Source: Macrostomum lignano (taxonomy: Eukaryota). Taken from it: a DNA stretch of 40,302 nt. The translations under genes and the position numbers were made by a program. Positions within the stretch are counted from its first letter, which is position 1. The number at the start of each line of letters is the position of its first letter. Positions 12,500-24,027 of the stretch are shown here, piece after piece. The stretch is taken from NCBI GenBank assembly GCA_002269645.1, contig NIVC01003847.1, positions 1 through 40,302 of the forward strand, in the 5' to 3' direction. Under the pieces are notes generated by a model that had not been told where the DNA came from, did no database searches, and saw nothing but the letters and a program-made list of their open reading frames with translations.

Positions 12500-14400
12500 G
12501 GCAGGGAGTATAAAAAAATTTTCTCAGTGTACAAAAATATTGAGCGTTCTAACAAAACTCTTAAATAACTTTTAAACTCTCGTTAGCCGAAGTTTGACAA
12601 GGAGCTAGGAAAGTATCAACTCCAGTTAAGCATTTTAATGAATCTGCCTCCAATCCAGGAGACTTTACGTCACTTTAGTAATCCCTGGTTCCGACAGACC
12701 TTGAATTGGCTTGGTGGAAAATATACAGTAGTATATAGGGCTAAACGAGCGAACAGAAAGGTAAGCGGACAAGTGAAACGGAGACAAAAACACACGGCGG
12801 AGATTAGAAACGCAAATATAGCTAACACAAGTGAAGGAATGAGGCAGCTGGATGAGTGAGCGGGGAAGGCCAAGAGCTGGTATAGGGGTAAGGAAAGAAT
12901 TCATGGGGATTTCAGGGGATATAGGAAAAAATATTACCGCTGAGAGAGAAGAGAGACAGAGGATCGGGCTAGGCCCGGTACGGCATAGTAAAGAGGAAAG
13001 AAGTTAAAGAAAAGGCAAGGTCAGACTTTCCAAAGTAGCCAAAAGCACAAGCTTAGCCACTCAATTCCATATATAAACACGGCATGTGCTGGCCGTCATG
13101 TGTGCGCGTATGCGACTGGGGCGTACCAGGACTTGCTATATGGAGAAAGAGAGAAGAGAGACAGTGAGAGAGGAATGGGGATAGGAAGGTGGCGGAGAAG
13201 CAAGCACAAAAAGGGGAGGGGCCGCCAAGCCAAAGAGACCTAGAAGCAGAACCCGGAGTAATAACTAATGATTGCGAAGCTCGTCCAAGACTCAGAGTGA
13301 TTAACTACGAATGAACGAGCTTATCTAGCTAGACTTCAAAAAGTTGCAATGCAGATATAAAAGTTCATTAATCCTTGACCGACCAGCGGCCTGTCGAATG
13401 TCACTGAAATCTTTTCTGTGTGATAAACTTTTTATGTCTGTCTAGCTTGTTAAGTTTTAGTAAAAATTAACCAGAATACAATACAGTTTTTTATTCAAAC
13501 ATGTAGGCTTTATTTAGCTTAAAAAAGAGACCCTGAGCCTACAAACTTGCCTGACTTTTGCGTTAATTATCACATCTTGAAAATAAAGCTTTTATAGCAA
13601 CGGGGGGAGAGCTGCCACGCCAGAATATTGTTTCTAGGCGTCCTTGGTCAAGCCCAGACAGTTCTGGGGGAGCAGTGGCGAGAGTTGGGTGAGAGTTGCA
13701 AAATCCCGCTAAAGCCACGGGGATAGGAGGGGGGAGGGAAGGGGAAGAGGAGGAGAAAGAGACGGAAAATTGTGAAGTAAAGGGAGGAAGGATAGACGGA
13801 CGGAGGATAGAAATGAAAGAAACACAAACCAGCACAGGGGGCGGGGAGGGGCGTTTTATAACAAAACTGCACCGAATCCGCGCCTGGAAATAGCTGGTAG
13901 CTGTTTAGGGAGATGGGGGGGGGCAGGAAAGCCAGAAAGAGAGACGCATAAGAGGAGGAATTGGGATAAAAATCCCCGCGCGACTTCCACCACCAACCTC
14001 AACTTTTCTATCGCTCCCAGATGCTTTACACCCGAAGCAAGCAAGCCCAGTCCGTCCCAAGCGTATCAAGAGATGTTCATCGCTTGCCTATTGCATATAG
14101 ATAGATGGGCGGTGTGTATGCCGTGTGGCTTTTGGTTTGTGGGGGACCCTCACACATAATTGATTTCTCTATCCCTCTAAGCCGCCAGCCTCCTCAACTG
14201 CCCTAACATGATGCGGCAGTGCCTCAGCACCAGCTTCTCTTATGTCTAACCTTATCTTTCCCTCCATTCCAGCCTGTCCTCTCCTCCTTCTTAGCTCTAG
14301 CATTGCTGCGACTTTGCCGTCTTCTGGCGCCTGCACCGCCCTGTCCCTGAATCCCAAGGCAGTCATAATTCACCTTTTATAAATATGAATCTGAATGTGT
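12500..14400. other. Unclassified purine-skewed block, possibly a decayed mobile element
   Basis: GA-rich plus strand, CpG retained, only short ORFs with no recognisable domain. Confidence 0.25.
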
Positions 14401-14532
14401 TTATTTAAAATCGCAATAGAAGCCAAGTTTATCCTGGGTTGTGCGCTGGCCAGCTGGAAGAGGATGGATCGTTTTATCCAGGGCTGGGGATTGTGAAAGA
14501 AAGCAAATCTATTGTGTTCTTTGTGAAGAAGA

Positions 14533-14846
14533 GTAGGGTTGTAGCCTAGTGGTCACAAGACTCACAACTTGAAGGTCGGTGGTTCGATTCCCGATCCCAC
14601 TGGTACAATTTGTATCCTTGAGCAAGACACTTAACTCTGCATTCCTTCAGTTCACCCAATTGTAAAATGGGTGCCAGCATTAGCTGGGATAATTGAGGGT
14701 GTGTGTGTGGTGACCTCCCAATCCTTTGACTGAACAGGCATATGCAGCCTTCAAATGTGCCATGCAATAGCTGTTGCTGTGGCTAGCTGTCAGTTGCACA
14801 TCTGCCTATTATGGCAGGTGTAATCAATTAATTATTATTATTATTT
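14533..14846 (+). mobile_element. tRNA-derived SINE with CORE-like domain, 3' stem-loop and (ATT)n tail
   Basis: A box TAGCCTAGTGG 14542-14552; B box GGTTCGATTCC 14581-14591. CCTTGAGCAAGACACTTAACTCTGCATTCCTTCAGTTCACCCAATTGTAAAATGGG (14616-14671) resembles the MIR/CORE consensus. Hairpin ACATCTGCC-tattat-GGCAGGTGT 14798-14821; ATT tail. Confidence 0.85.
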
Positions 14847-15726
14847 GTGAAAAGGGTTAATAGAAGTATAGACACTGAATTTCTTCCAAGTAGGTTAGAA
14901 ATTGAACCCCTGACCTTGTAGTTGAGTTTGACATATCTAAAGATACTACAGGCTCAATGTGTACATTTTAAAGATGTACTTCCAATGATAAACATTCTTC
15001 ATGTAGACTCAGGGGGGGGGGTATCCTTTTAAAGTTGATCTGCTTACTCTCTACAAAGATTTGAAATAAGATTTTTAAAAATTACTATATTCAAAAAATG
15101 AAAGGAGACAAGAGTCTAACCTAGTTTTCAACTAGATTATAAAATTATCAAGCAATAATGAGTGTATGACTAAATTGAATTATAAGCCAAAAAACAACAG
15201 CTCTTGGTTTAGAAATTAGGAGAAATCTACTGTCTCTTTACCAAATAGGCTTATAAGGTAGTAAAAACATACAAAAGAATATCTCTGATAGGCAAAGAAA
15301 GGTTAGAACTTTTACAAAATTTGCTTAGTCATTCAAAAAAATTTTAATCCCCTCTAAAGTAGGGCAGCTACCCCTTTTGCACTAGGCTATTATATATAAA
15401 ATGTTATAAAATAAAAGTTGTAAAAAGAGAGTCTTTTTGATTTAACAGAAATATTTATGAAAAAGGACTTGATGCTTCCTTTAATCCGTTTAGTAACTAT
15501 ACAACATTGTTATTTTTTATATGCTTTAAAACAATAATTAATATTTCTTGCTTATTAAAATCATAAAATATATAAATTAATATATTATAGCATAAAAAGA
15601 ACAATGAAAGAAGACATAGGATGGCATAGGGTTAGCATACTTGTGCAAAGTACAAATGTTCTTGTCCTTGGACTAGAGCTAAACAGTTTTCCAATACACT
15701 ATATAATAATTGCAGCTAAGCCATTG

Positions 15727-15772
15727 GTTGCATATCTGCCTATTAGGGAAAGTGTAATAAATTATTATTATT
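15727..15772 (+). mobile_element. 5'-truncated 3' tail of the same SINE family or of its partner LINE
   Basis: GTTGCATATCTGCCTATTA..GTGTAATAAATTATTATTATT matches the 14793-14846 tail. Confidence 0.7.
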
Positions 15773-18327
15773 GCTAACTTTCAACTATATCTTGGTGCTC
15801 AATTGGATTATAATTACATAAATATAACTAAGTGTAATTAAATTTAAATTATAAAAATGAATATTTTGAGATAAAACAATGCATACAAATAAGGTCATAT
15901 ATATAAGAATAAACATTAGTTCTTATACAAAGTAATATAAGCCATACAAAAACTAAGACTACTTGAAACACCACTTGAGCATTTGGTTTTATGTCTAAAG
16001 GTTAATCTCTAGGGTCAAAGACTTAGGCAACTGAGACTTTTGATGATACAAAGTGTCTAAAAAGTAACCTTACTTAAACTATAAATAATATGTTATGTTC
16101 ATTGAGATAATTGATAAACAATATTTAAAGTAAGAATATTCATATATAAAACTAATACATACTAAAAATTAAAAATTAAATAAACTGCTTAGATTAGATT
16201 ATTTTAATTTAATTTTTGAAAGTCTAAAGGCAATCTTAGTTAAAATAGATAGTTATCCCTCATGTAAACCTATTGTATAGTTAGAATAATAAAGGCAAAT
16301 TTTAAGATAAGGACAAATGTAATCAGAACTATTTTTATACAATAAATAAATAAACACTATTAATGAATGGTATAAAAAATTGTTGCCAAAATCATAACTT
16401 ATAGGAAAATAAAGAAAATTAATTAGGCATTAACTATAGCCGCAGATGTATGAATATATTATAATAAATTTTTGTTGACAAAACTATTAAAAATAAGGAT
16501 ATGATTATATTAGGATAGAATTGGAGTTCTAATTTCTATTAAGATCCCAAGATTTCAAGATTATCAAGGTGGGATTAGGATCATTATCTTATGTTTAAAA
16601 ACATATAAAAGTTGGAAAAAAAGCCCTACTAAAGGAAGTCTAATATTAAAAATATATAAAGAATTTCATTTCATATCTCAATTTTTACTACATTTGTTGT
16701 ATATCAAAAGAAAAGTCCTAACATAATCATGGAAAACAACAAAATAAAAAATATTCAGTTGCATACATTATTTATCTTAATGTAGCCTATGTTTTGAAAA
16801 ACCTTTCTTCCGCTATATAAAATGTAGAACAGAACAGTGAAGTAGGCTACCGAAACCCAAAAAGTAGAAGTTTTAGAAGCCAATGCTGCATTGTAAAAAT
16901 TTAAATTAGTGCATAGCTTTGCTTCGAAGAAAATCTTACTTTATACTCTATTATCACTAAAATTTAACGTCAGCATGCACAAAGTATTTTAAAACTGTTT
17001 TAGTCATGAACTCAGCCCTTTTTAATCTATTTTTGCAGTATTTTTTAGTTTTCTTTAAAATATTTCGTTTTAACTAACACATGTTTTTAATTTTTGACCA
17101 AATTGAATGCTAATTAATTAAATTGCTTCTCAGAAAAAGAATCATTTTTGCACGTCGCTTACATAAGCTAGGCTCTATTTTACTAAAATGCTTAGCTAAC
17201 CTGCATAACTTAATAAACAGCTTGTGTTCTGTGCTATTGGATTTTATTGTGTTCGTGTTGACTATCCATCTTAAAAGTAACTTTAGTTAGCAAGCAATCA
17301 CTAGAATGTTAATGAGTAGGTCTATTAACTAAATTCTACGCTGATGATGGGCTTGATGGCATTATATCCCTGCCTGAAATGGCAGGTGATTGATTCGGAT
17401 TGCAGTTACTTCGTTTCTTAGATGAAAGTCCTTCCATATTAAAAAACTCAGTTTAGAGTAAGGTTCTAGAAACTGCGAGAATAGTCTTGACTTGACAACC
17501 AAATATTAATCCTGTTGTAGGGCCTATATATAGGTTTATACATAATTTGTTGAGCAAAAACAATGATTCTTTTAGGACTATGGTTTGTTTTAAATGAATA
17601 AGAAAATAATGTGGGGGGATTGATTTATTATAGATTCTTGGCAATTGTAGGCCCCTAAAGAAGTGCTTATTTACTAAAATTATTTTTCAATTTAAATGAA
17701 ATATGAAATGGACATTAGACCATACCATAATGTATTTATTGTGATAAGAGAGATATTTAATGAGACAAAACTGTTCAATTAAGCTATAACATTATAATCT
17801 AAATCTTAAGTTTTAAATTGATTTTTAAATTAGGCAATTGTTATTTATCTGCTAATTAGATAAATAGCCTTTTAAAGACCTTTATTATATTCTGATTAAT
17901 ATTTTGTTGTATTCTAGTGCAAAAAAGCAGATATATGTTTATGCATATGCAATTTGGTATATAACTTTATAAGACATACACTTATATAACAATATAAAGA
18001 TTACAGTCGTTTTGGTAATAAGACATTTTGGTGACAGTCTTTTCGGTAACAAGCAAAAGTCAATTCGGTGATAAAAAATACAATTTTAGTTATAGCCATG
18101 TATCAAGAAAAATAAGACCACTTTTCAGCGGACGCACACAAGACAGCACAATTTCAGTCAATAAGCAAAAACATGATTGACAAAACCACCAAGCACCATC
18201 ATTGTCATCATAAAAAAACAATGTATTTGACAACAACACAACAACAATTCACAACAATCCCACAGGGTGCCCGTGTGAAATTTAATATCAATCTACCATT
18301 TTTTCCCGATTGAAATGAGTAAATCTC

Positions 18328-18670
18328 ATGATTCTATCACTATGCACGACAAAAGTAGAACAGCGGTTGAATTGATTCCCAGAGTGATTCTTGTCCTAGA
18401 AACATCTGACTACACTGATTCCCTATATTGACAGTTTCCTTCCTAAAGGTAGGTTGATTCCTTTAGCTACATTTAGCTGATTCCTTAAGTGGAATCATCC
18501 TATTAAGCTGATTCCTAAATTGGCAGATTCCTTCCATTAAATTTGACTGATTCTTTACATGGAATCATCTGAAATATGTTGGTTCAGTTGATTCTCAACT
18601 TCGGCTGTTTCCATTCTGGAATCATTTGAAATTACTGCTGATTCCAGCTGGAATCAACCGAAGAATCAAC
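18328..18670. repeat. Cluster of ~15 dispersed TGATTC/GAATCA motifs (degenerate MITE-like segment)
   Basis: Motif seen repeatedly on both strands at irregular spacing; no clear TIR found. Confidence 0.5.
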
Positions 18671-21600
18671 CAAATTTTTTGGTGGGTATATACCATCTAT
18701 TAGCCAATCAAAATATAGATCAATCTTGCCTTAGAGCTCTTGCTATGTATCTATAGCAATTGAAATTATATCACTGTCTATTTGATATGTTGTGCTGGGT
18801 TTTTGAACAATTTTATATTATCAAATATGTTTCTTATCACAATAAATATGCTTTGCCTTTGGTGTTCATTTAAGGTAAAAATAATTAAATATGTGCCTTT
18901 TTACACTTGCCAAATTCCCTTCTATATATACGAGTACATGAGCAATAAATATTTTTTGAATATCCTAGAATTTCCATAAGGCTTATAAAAAAATAAACTG
19001 AATAACAATTTTAATAAAAAGAATTATATATTTTTGTTTTTAATTTGCAATAACATATATGCTTTGTATTGTGATTATGATAAAAAACAAATAAGCCCTA
19101 CAGGAAAAGTTGTAAAACTGTGGATGGCATCCAGTGTGCTTTCATAATTTTTCTAAAGCACAATGCATGCATAGGCATGCAACACCTACATGCACGCGCT
19201 GTCCTTTCCTGCTGGCTGCTGCTCTAGCAAATAAATATACATGGAAAAGGGTCTAATACCTTTGTGGAAAGGGCCTATATACTCGTAATTTCTCATATAA
19301 TGCTTAGAGATATTCCAAAATTTTGATTTTGATTTTCCAAAATTTGGAATTTTGATTTTGAAAAAAATCAGAAGTCAAAATTTTAGAAGCGTGTAGCAAA
19401 GTGGCTAAAAATTAACTAATTTGTGCTATAAATACATGTATTTTGTTTTGCATAAGCAGTAAATCAAGAGTAAAAAAGTGAGTTTTGGTCACAGTAAACT
19501 TTGCTTTTCTGAATTCTGATTTTGGAAAATTTTAATTACAATTTTAGAAAGTTAGCAAATTTTGATTTTGACAGAAAATGATTTCTAATAATCCTAAAGC
19601 GCGGTAAAATAATTTGACTCTTTTTCTAAAGCACTTGTCCACAAGTTTTCAACATTTATTCTAATAGGGCAACTAAGGTAAGCAAAAGATATATAAATTT
19701 TATTTGAGTTATTATTGAAATATTCCTAAATTAAATCAAAAGCTTAATAAAGGTCATTACAAATCTGTAATTAAATAAAATCAGTCAAAAATAAAAAGTT
19801 TTATTAATATTAAAAATTAAAAAACTAGAAAAACTTATATTTATATCAAGAGAAAAGGACCCATACTCTAAATCATATAGTATACACCCAAAAATTTGGG
19901 CTTGTATTGGCCTTGCAAGTCAAGAGTTAAATATGCACTGTTGGTATGCATTATTCCTAAGAAAATATTATGTGTGCATACCTGTTATGTACTTTCTAAA
20001 ATCACAAAGAAGAGTCTATGTTAAGCATATTAAATGGAAAAAAGATTAGAAATTTCATTCTTAATGTAAATTTTAGATGCTCTAGTTTTCAAGATTGTAA
20101 TTAGGCAATTTAATTTAAAACAATAGTTTTTATATCAATTTTCTTTTATTAATAGTATAGGCAAAAAAGATAAATAATCAACCAAATTATATTAGCCAAA
20201 AAAGGTCCTTTATGCAATGCAAAAAAGGTTATTTATTGTTGCAACATTGGCCTAGATGTGAGAGTATAGGTGTGCACTTTATTTGTTTTGTCGTGCATTT
20301 GTAACTATTCTATTTTTGTTTAGGCAAGCATCCAGGATTCCAGTATGATCTAGACTATAGGAGAGGGACAAAGACAAATCCATTACCAAAAAAATGTTAG
20401 AAATAAAGGACAAAGGCAATAAAAAATATTTTCCCCCTCTAAGAAAAAGGACATGTCCTTAGTGTTTCTTCCTTGGCTATACCTTCGCTAGTAGTAGTGG
20501 GAGTAAAACTTATTGGAATAGAAATGGCCCAAATGCCCTTGCTTTTTTGACTAGAATTTTTCATTGTATTATTATAGCTTTGCTCAACTTGATTATTTAC
20601 TTTAGGTCCTAGTTTGGCAAACTTTTTATCTCATGGGCTAGATACAAAAAGTAGTAGTCAAAAAGGGAGATAGGAAAAGAAATAAAGAAAGGAAATAGCT
20701 AGGAGAAAGGTGAGGTAAAGTTAAGATAATAGGAAAAGAGAGAAAAGGAATAGAGAGTTTAATACAGAGCAGAGAGCTAAGATGAGACACAAACCTTAAG
20801 TGGATTAGATTGCTTTTGTAAAGTTTCAAAGGACTTGAGGGCCAGATAAATTGGCTTTATAGGCTTCATATTGCCTACAAGGTAGAGTTTTCCAACCCCT
20901 GCTTTAGATATAAGATACAAGAGAATTGAAACTATGCAATAGTTAAACTTTTGTAAACATTGTTTAGCAAATATTTATGCTAGGAGTTGTTTAGTACTTA
21001 TAAATATTTAGTGTAAAGCCTGTAAAAACAGTTTTCTGATTCAATCAATTGCTCCATTTGCAAAACCTAAAAAAAGAATTTGTAGCTGTAATTTACAAGT
21101 CCTTTAAAATAGTGCAGCCTGAAAAATTTTCTGGGGCTTAAAAAGGCTATTCCTCATTCCCACCATTGAGAGTCAGTCATAAAACGCACAGGCTTAGTAC
21201 ACAAGGTGTGCAATGCTTAGTGTGCATCTGTAGACTTTAAAAATTTATTGAAACATTTAATAAAAAGTTGTATACCTTTCAGTTCTTTTTTATACACTTA
21301 CCAATGTGTGTTTTTCCTTCTTTTGTTAAGTATAATTAAGTACCAGTCTCCATAAAAGTTAAATCTATATGGTGATTGGTGACACGATCTAAATCAAATC
21401 TAAGTTGCAATGTAGTCTTGTGCTATGCTGTGCTCTGATTGTGCAATTGAACTCTGATAAACTGGGCGCTACCTTATGATGCAGTCATGATATTCAATTT
21501 CAATTGAAATTGCACACAATTCATTCATAAAAAAGTTCTGCTCTTGTTTTCGAAAAATTATCCTCTTAGCACTCAGAAATTTCTTAGCCACAATAGATGT

Positions 21601-21773
21601 CAATCAATCATGTACCTAGATACATAGATAAAAACTTTTTTATAAAGTATAGTAGATATACAAGTACTACTATAGCTGTAGTGGTGTGAAGTAGTATTGT
21701 ATGTATCTTTCTGTATCTCAATATAAAACATAATGATAATGCATGAACACAACAAATAGAAAACAGCTAAACT

Positions 21774-22730
21774 ATGGCACACTATGACATGAACCAGAGT
21801 GATGGTACACAATTGCGCAAACTATTTGTTGGCGGCCTATCTGCCAATATTAGCGACGAAGAGCTTCGGCATCATTTTGGACAATATGGCGAACTAGCCG
21901 ATGTTGTTGTAATGAAGGATCGGGGCACCGGCCGGCCGCGCGGCTTTGGCTTTGTCACTTTCTCGGATGAGTCCGGTGTTGACGCTGCTCAAGCTGCCAG
22001 GCCGCACGTGCTAGACGGCCGAGAGGTGGAAACTAAACGGGCTATGCCTCGAACCGAAGCCCCAAGAGACACTAGCAACGCTCGCGCCGACAAGATGTTC
22101 CTAGGCGGCTTAGGCCCGGACACCACCGAGGAGCAGGTGCGCGATTATTTCAGCCAATTCGGCGAAGTGCAAGCGGTTGAAATTGCCATCTCTAGGGATA
22201 CTGGCAAGCCGCGCGGATTTGGATTCGTCACCTATCGCGATCCGGACTCCGTTGACAAGGCCATATTGCACAAGCCGCATGCTATTAGCGGCAGTCAACG
22301 AGTCGATTGTAAAAAGGCTGTCTCCCGCGAACAGATGGCTATTATTAGATCTAGACAGCAGCCGGGTCCCGGCGGATATGGCTACGGCTACGGTGGTGGC
22401 GGGTATGGAGGCGGCTACGGCGGCGGCTATGGAGGCGGCGGTTATGGGGGCTATGGAGGCGTCGGCTACGGCTATGGAGACGGCTACGGAAACGGAGCTG
22501 GCTACGATGGCTACGGAGGCGGCGGCGGCTATGAAAACGGCGACGGTTTCGGCTCCTACGGCGGCCAGGGCTACGGCGGTGGACCATCGAAGCCTGGCGG
22601 AGGCTACGGCGGCGGGCCGCAGCGATTCCAGCCTTACGGTGGTGCGCGAGGTGGCGGCCCGGTCGGCGGCGGCCCAGTAGGTCGAGGCGGCTTCCCTGGC
22701 GGCGGCTACCGCGGCGGGCGAGGTAACTAA
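21774..22730 (+). CDS. HNRNPA1: hnRNP A/B-family protein (two RRMs + Gly/Tyr-rich low-complexity tail); family-level call
   Basis: 318-aa ORF. RRM1: LRKLFVGGL / RGFGFVTF / RPHVLDGREVETKRAMPR. RRM2: KMFLGGL / RGFGFVTY / DCKKAVSREQM. GGY-rich and RGG C-terminus. Both RRMs lie in one uninterrupted exon. Confidence 0.93.
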   Translation: MAHYDMNQSDGTQLRKLFVGGLSANISDEELRHHFGQYGELADVVVMKDRGTGRPRGFGFVTFSDESGVDAAQAARPHVLDGREVETKRAMPRTEAPRDTSNARADKMFLGGLGPDTTEEQVRDYFSQFGEVQAVEIAISRDTGKPRGFGFVTYRDPDSVDKAILHKPHAISGSQRVDCKKAVSREQMAIIRSRQQPGPGGYGYGYGGGGYGGGYGGGYGGGGYGGYGGVGYGYGDGYGNGAGYDGYGGGGGYENGDGFGSYGGQGYGGGPSKPGGGYGGGPQRFQPYGGARGGGPVGGGPVGRGGFPGGGYRGGRGN

Positions 22731-22773
22731 GTAAATAAACGTGTTAATGTGCCTTTTCGCTTTCTTTACATGC

Positions 22774-23952
22774 CATTGGCGCCACCCCTTTTGCTTTAGT
22801 TGGCGCCACCCCTGTTGCTTTAGTTGGCGCCACCCCTTTTGCTTTAGTTGGCGCCATCCCTGTTGCTTTAGTTGACGCCACCCCTGTTCCATTAGTTGGC
22901 GCCACCCCTGTTGCTTTAGTTGGCGCCACCCCTGTTACTTTAGTTGGCACCATCCCTGTTGCTTTAGTTGACGCCACCCCTGTTGCTTTAGTTGACGCCA
23001 CCCCTGTTCTATTAGTTGGCGCCACCCCTGTTCCATTAGTTGGCGCCACCCCTGTTCCATTAGTTGGCACCATCCCTGTTCCATTAGTTGGCACCATCCC
23101 TGTTCCATTAGTTGGCGCCACCCCTGTTCCATTAGTTGGCACCATCCCTGTTCCATTAGTTGGCACCATCCCTGTTCCATTAGTTGGCACCATCCCTGTT
23201 CCATTAGTTGGCACCATCCCTGTTCCATTAGTTGGCGCCACCCCTGTTCCATTAGTTGGCGCCACCCCTGTTACTTTAGTTGGCACCATCCCTGTTCCAT
23301 TAGTTGGCGCCACCCCTGTTCCATTAGTTGGCGCCACCCCTGTTACTTTAGTTGGCACCATCCCTGTTCCATTAGTTGGCACCATCCCTGTTCCATTAGT
23401 TGGCGCCACCCCTGTTCCATTAGTTGGCACCATCCCTGTTCCATTAGTTGGCACCATCCCTGTTCCATTAGTTGGCACCATCCCTGTTCCATTAGTTGGC
23501 ACCATCCCTGTTCCATTAGTTGGCGCCACCCCTGTTCCATTAGTTGGCGCCACCCCTGTTACTTTAGTTGGCACCATCCCTGTTCCATTAGTTGGCACCA
23601 TCCCTGTTCCATTAGTTGGCGCCACCCCTGTTCCATTAGTTGGCGCCACCCCTGTTCCATTAGTTGGCGCCACCCTCTGTTACTTTAGTTGGCGCCACCC
23701 CTGTTCCATTAGTTGGCACCATCCCTGTACCATTAGTTGGCACCATCCCTGTTCCATTAGTTGGCGCCACCCCTGTTCCATTAGTTGGCACCATCCCTGT
23801 TCCATTAGTTGGCGCCACCCCTGTTCCATTAGTTGGCACCATCCCTGTTGCTTTAGTTGGCACCATCCCTGTTCCATTAGTTGGCGCCACCCCTGTTCCA
23901 TTAGTTGGCACCATCCCTGTTGCTTTAGTTGGCACCATCCCTGTTGCTTTAG
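22774..23952. repeat. 24-bp minisatellite (TTAGTTGGCGCCACCCCTGTTCCA), ~49 copies
   Basis: Read directly; lies inside predicted hnRNP intron 22723-24007. Confidence 0.97.
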
Positions 23953-24007
23953 CAGTTGCTGAGAAGCCGCCACAACCATCTCATTATTATGCCATTCTCA
24001 TTTACAG

Positions 24008-24027
24008 GCGGCCGAGCTGATTATTAG
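24008..24027 (+). CDS. Candidate terminal coding exon of the hnRNP gene (adds GGRADY*)
   Basis: Donor CGAG|gtaact at 22722/22723 and acceptor attctcatttacag| at 24007/24008 join in phase: ..RGGR-GGRADY-TAG(TGA). Confidence 0.55.

Noticed and set aside
17150-17600. Protein-like stretch with FYADD, resembling the RT catalytic motif
   Set aside because: Multiple stops in every frame and no other RT motifs around it; at most an unidentifiable decayed remnant.
22744-23673. 309-aa mucin-like ORF with repeated NGT sequons (APTNGTGV)
   Set aside because: It is the antisense translation of the 24-bp array; no signal peptide or unique flanking coding sequence.
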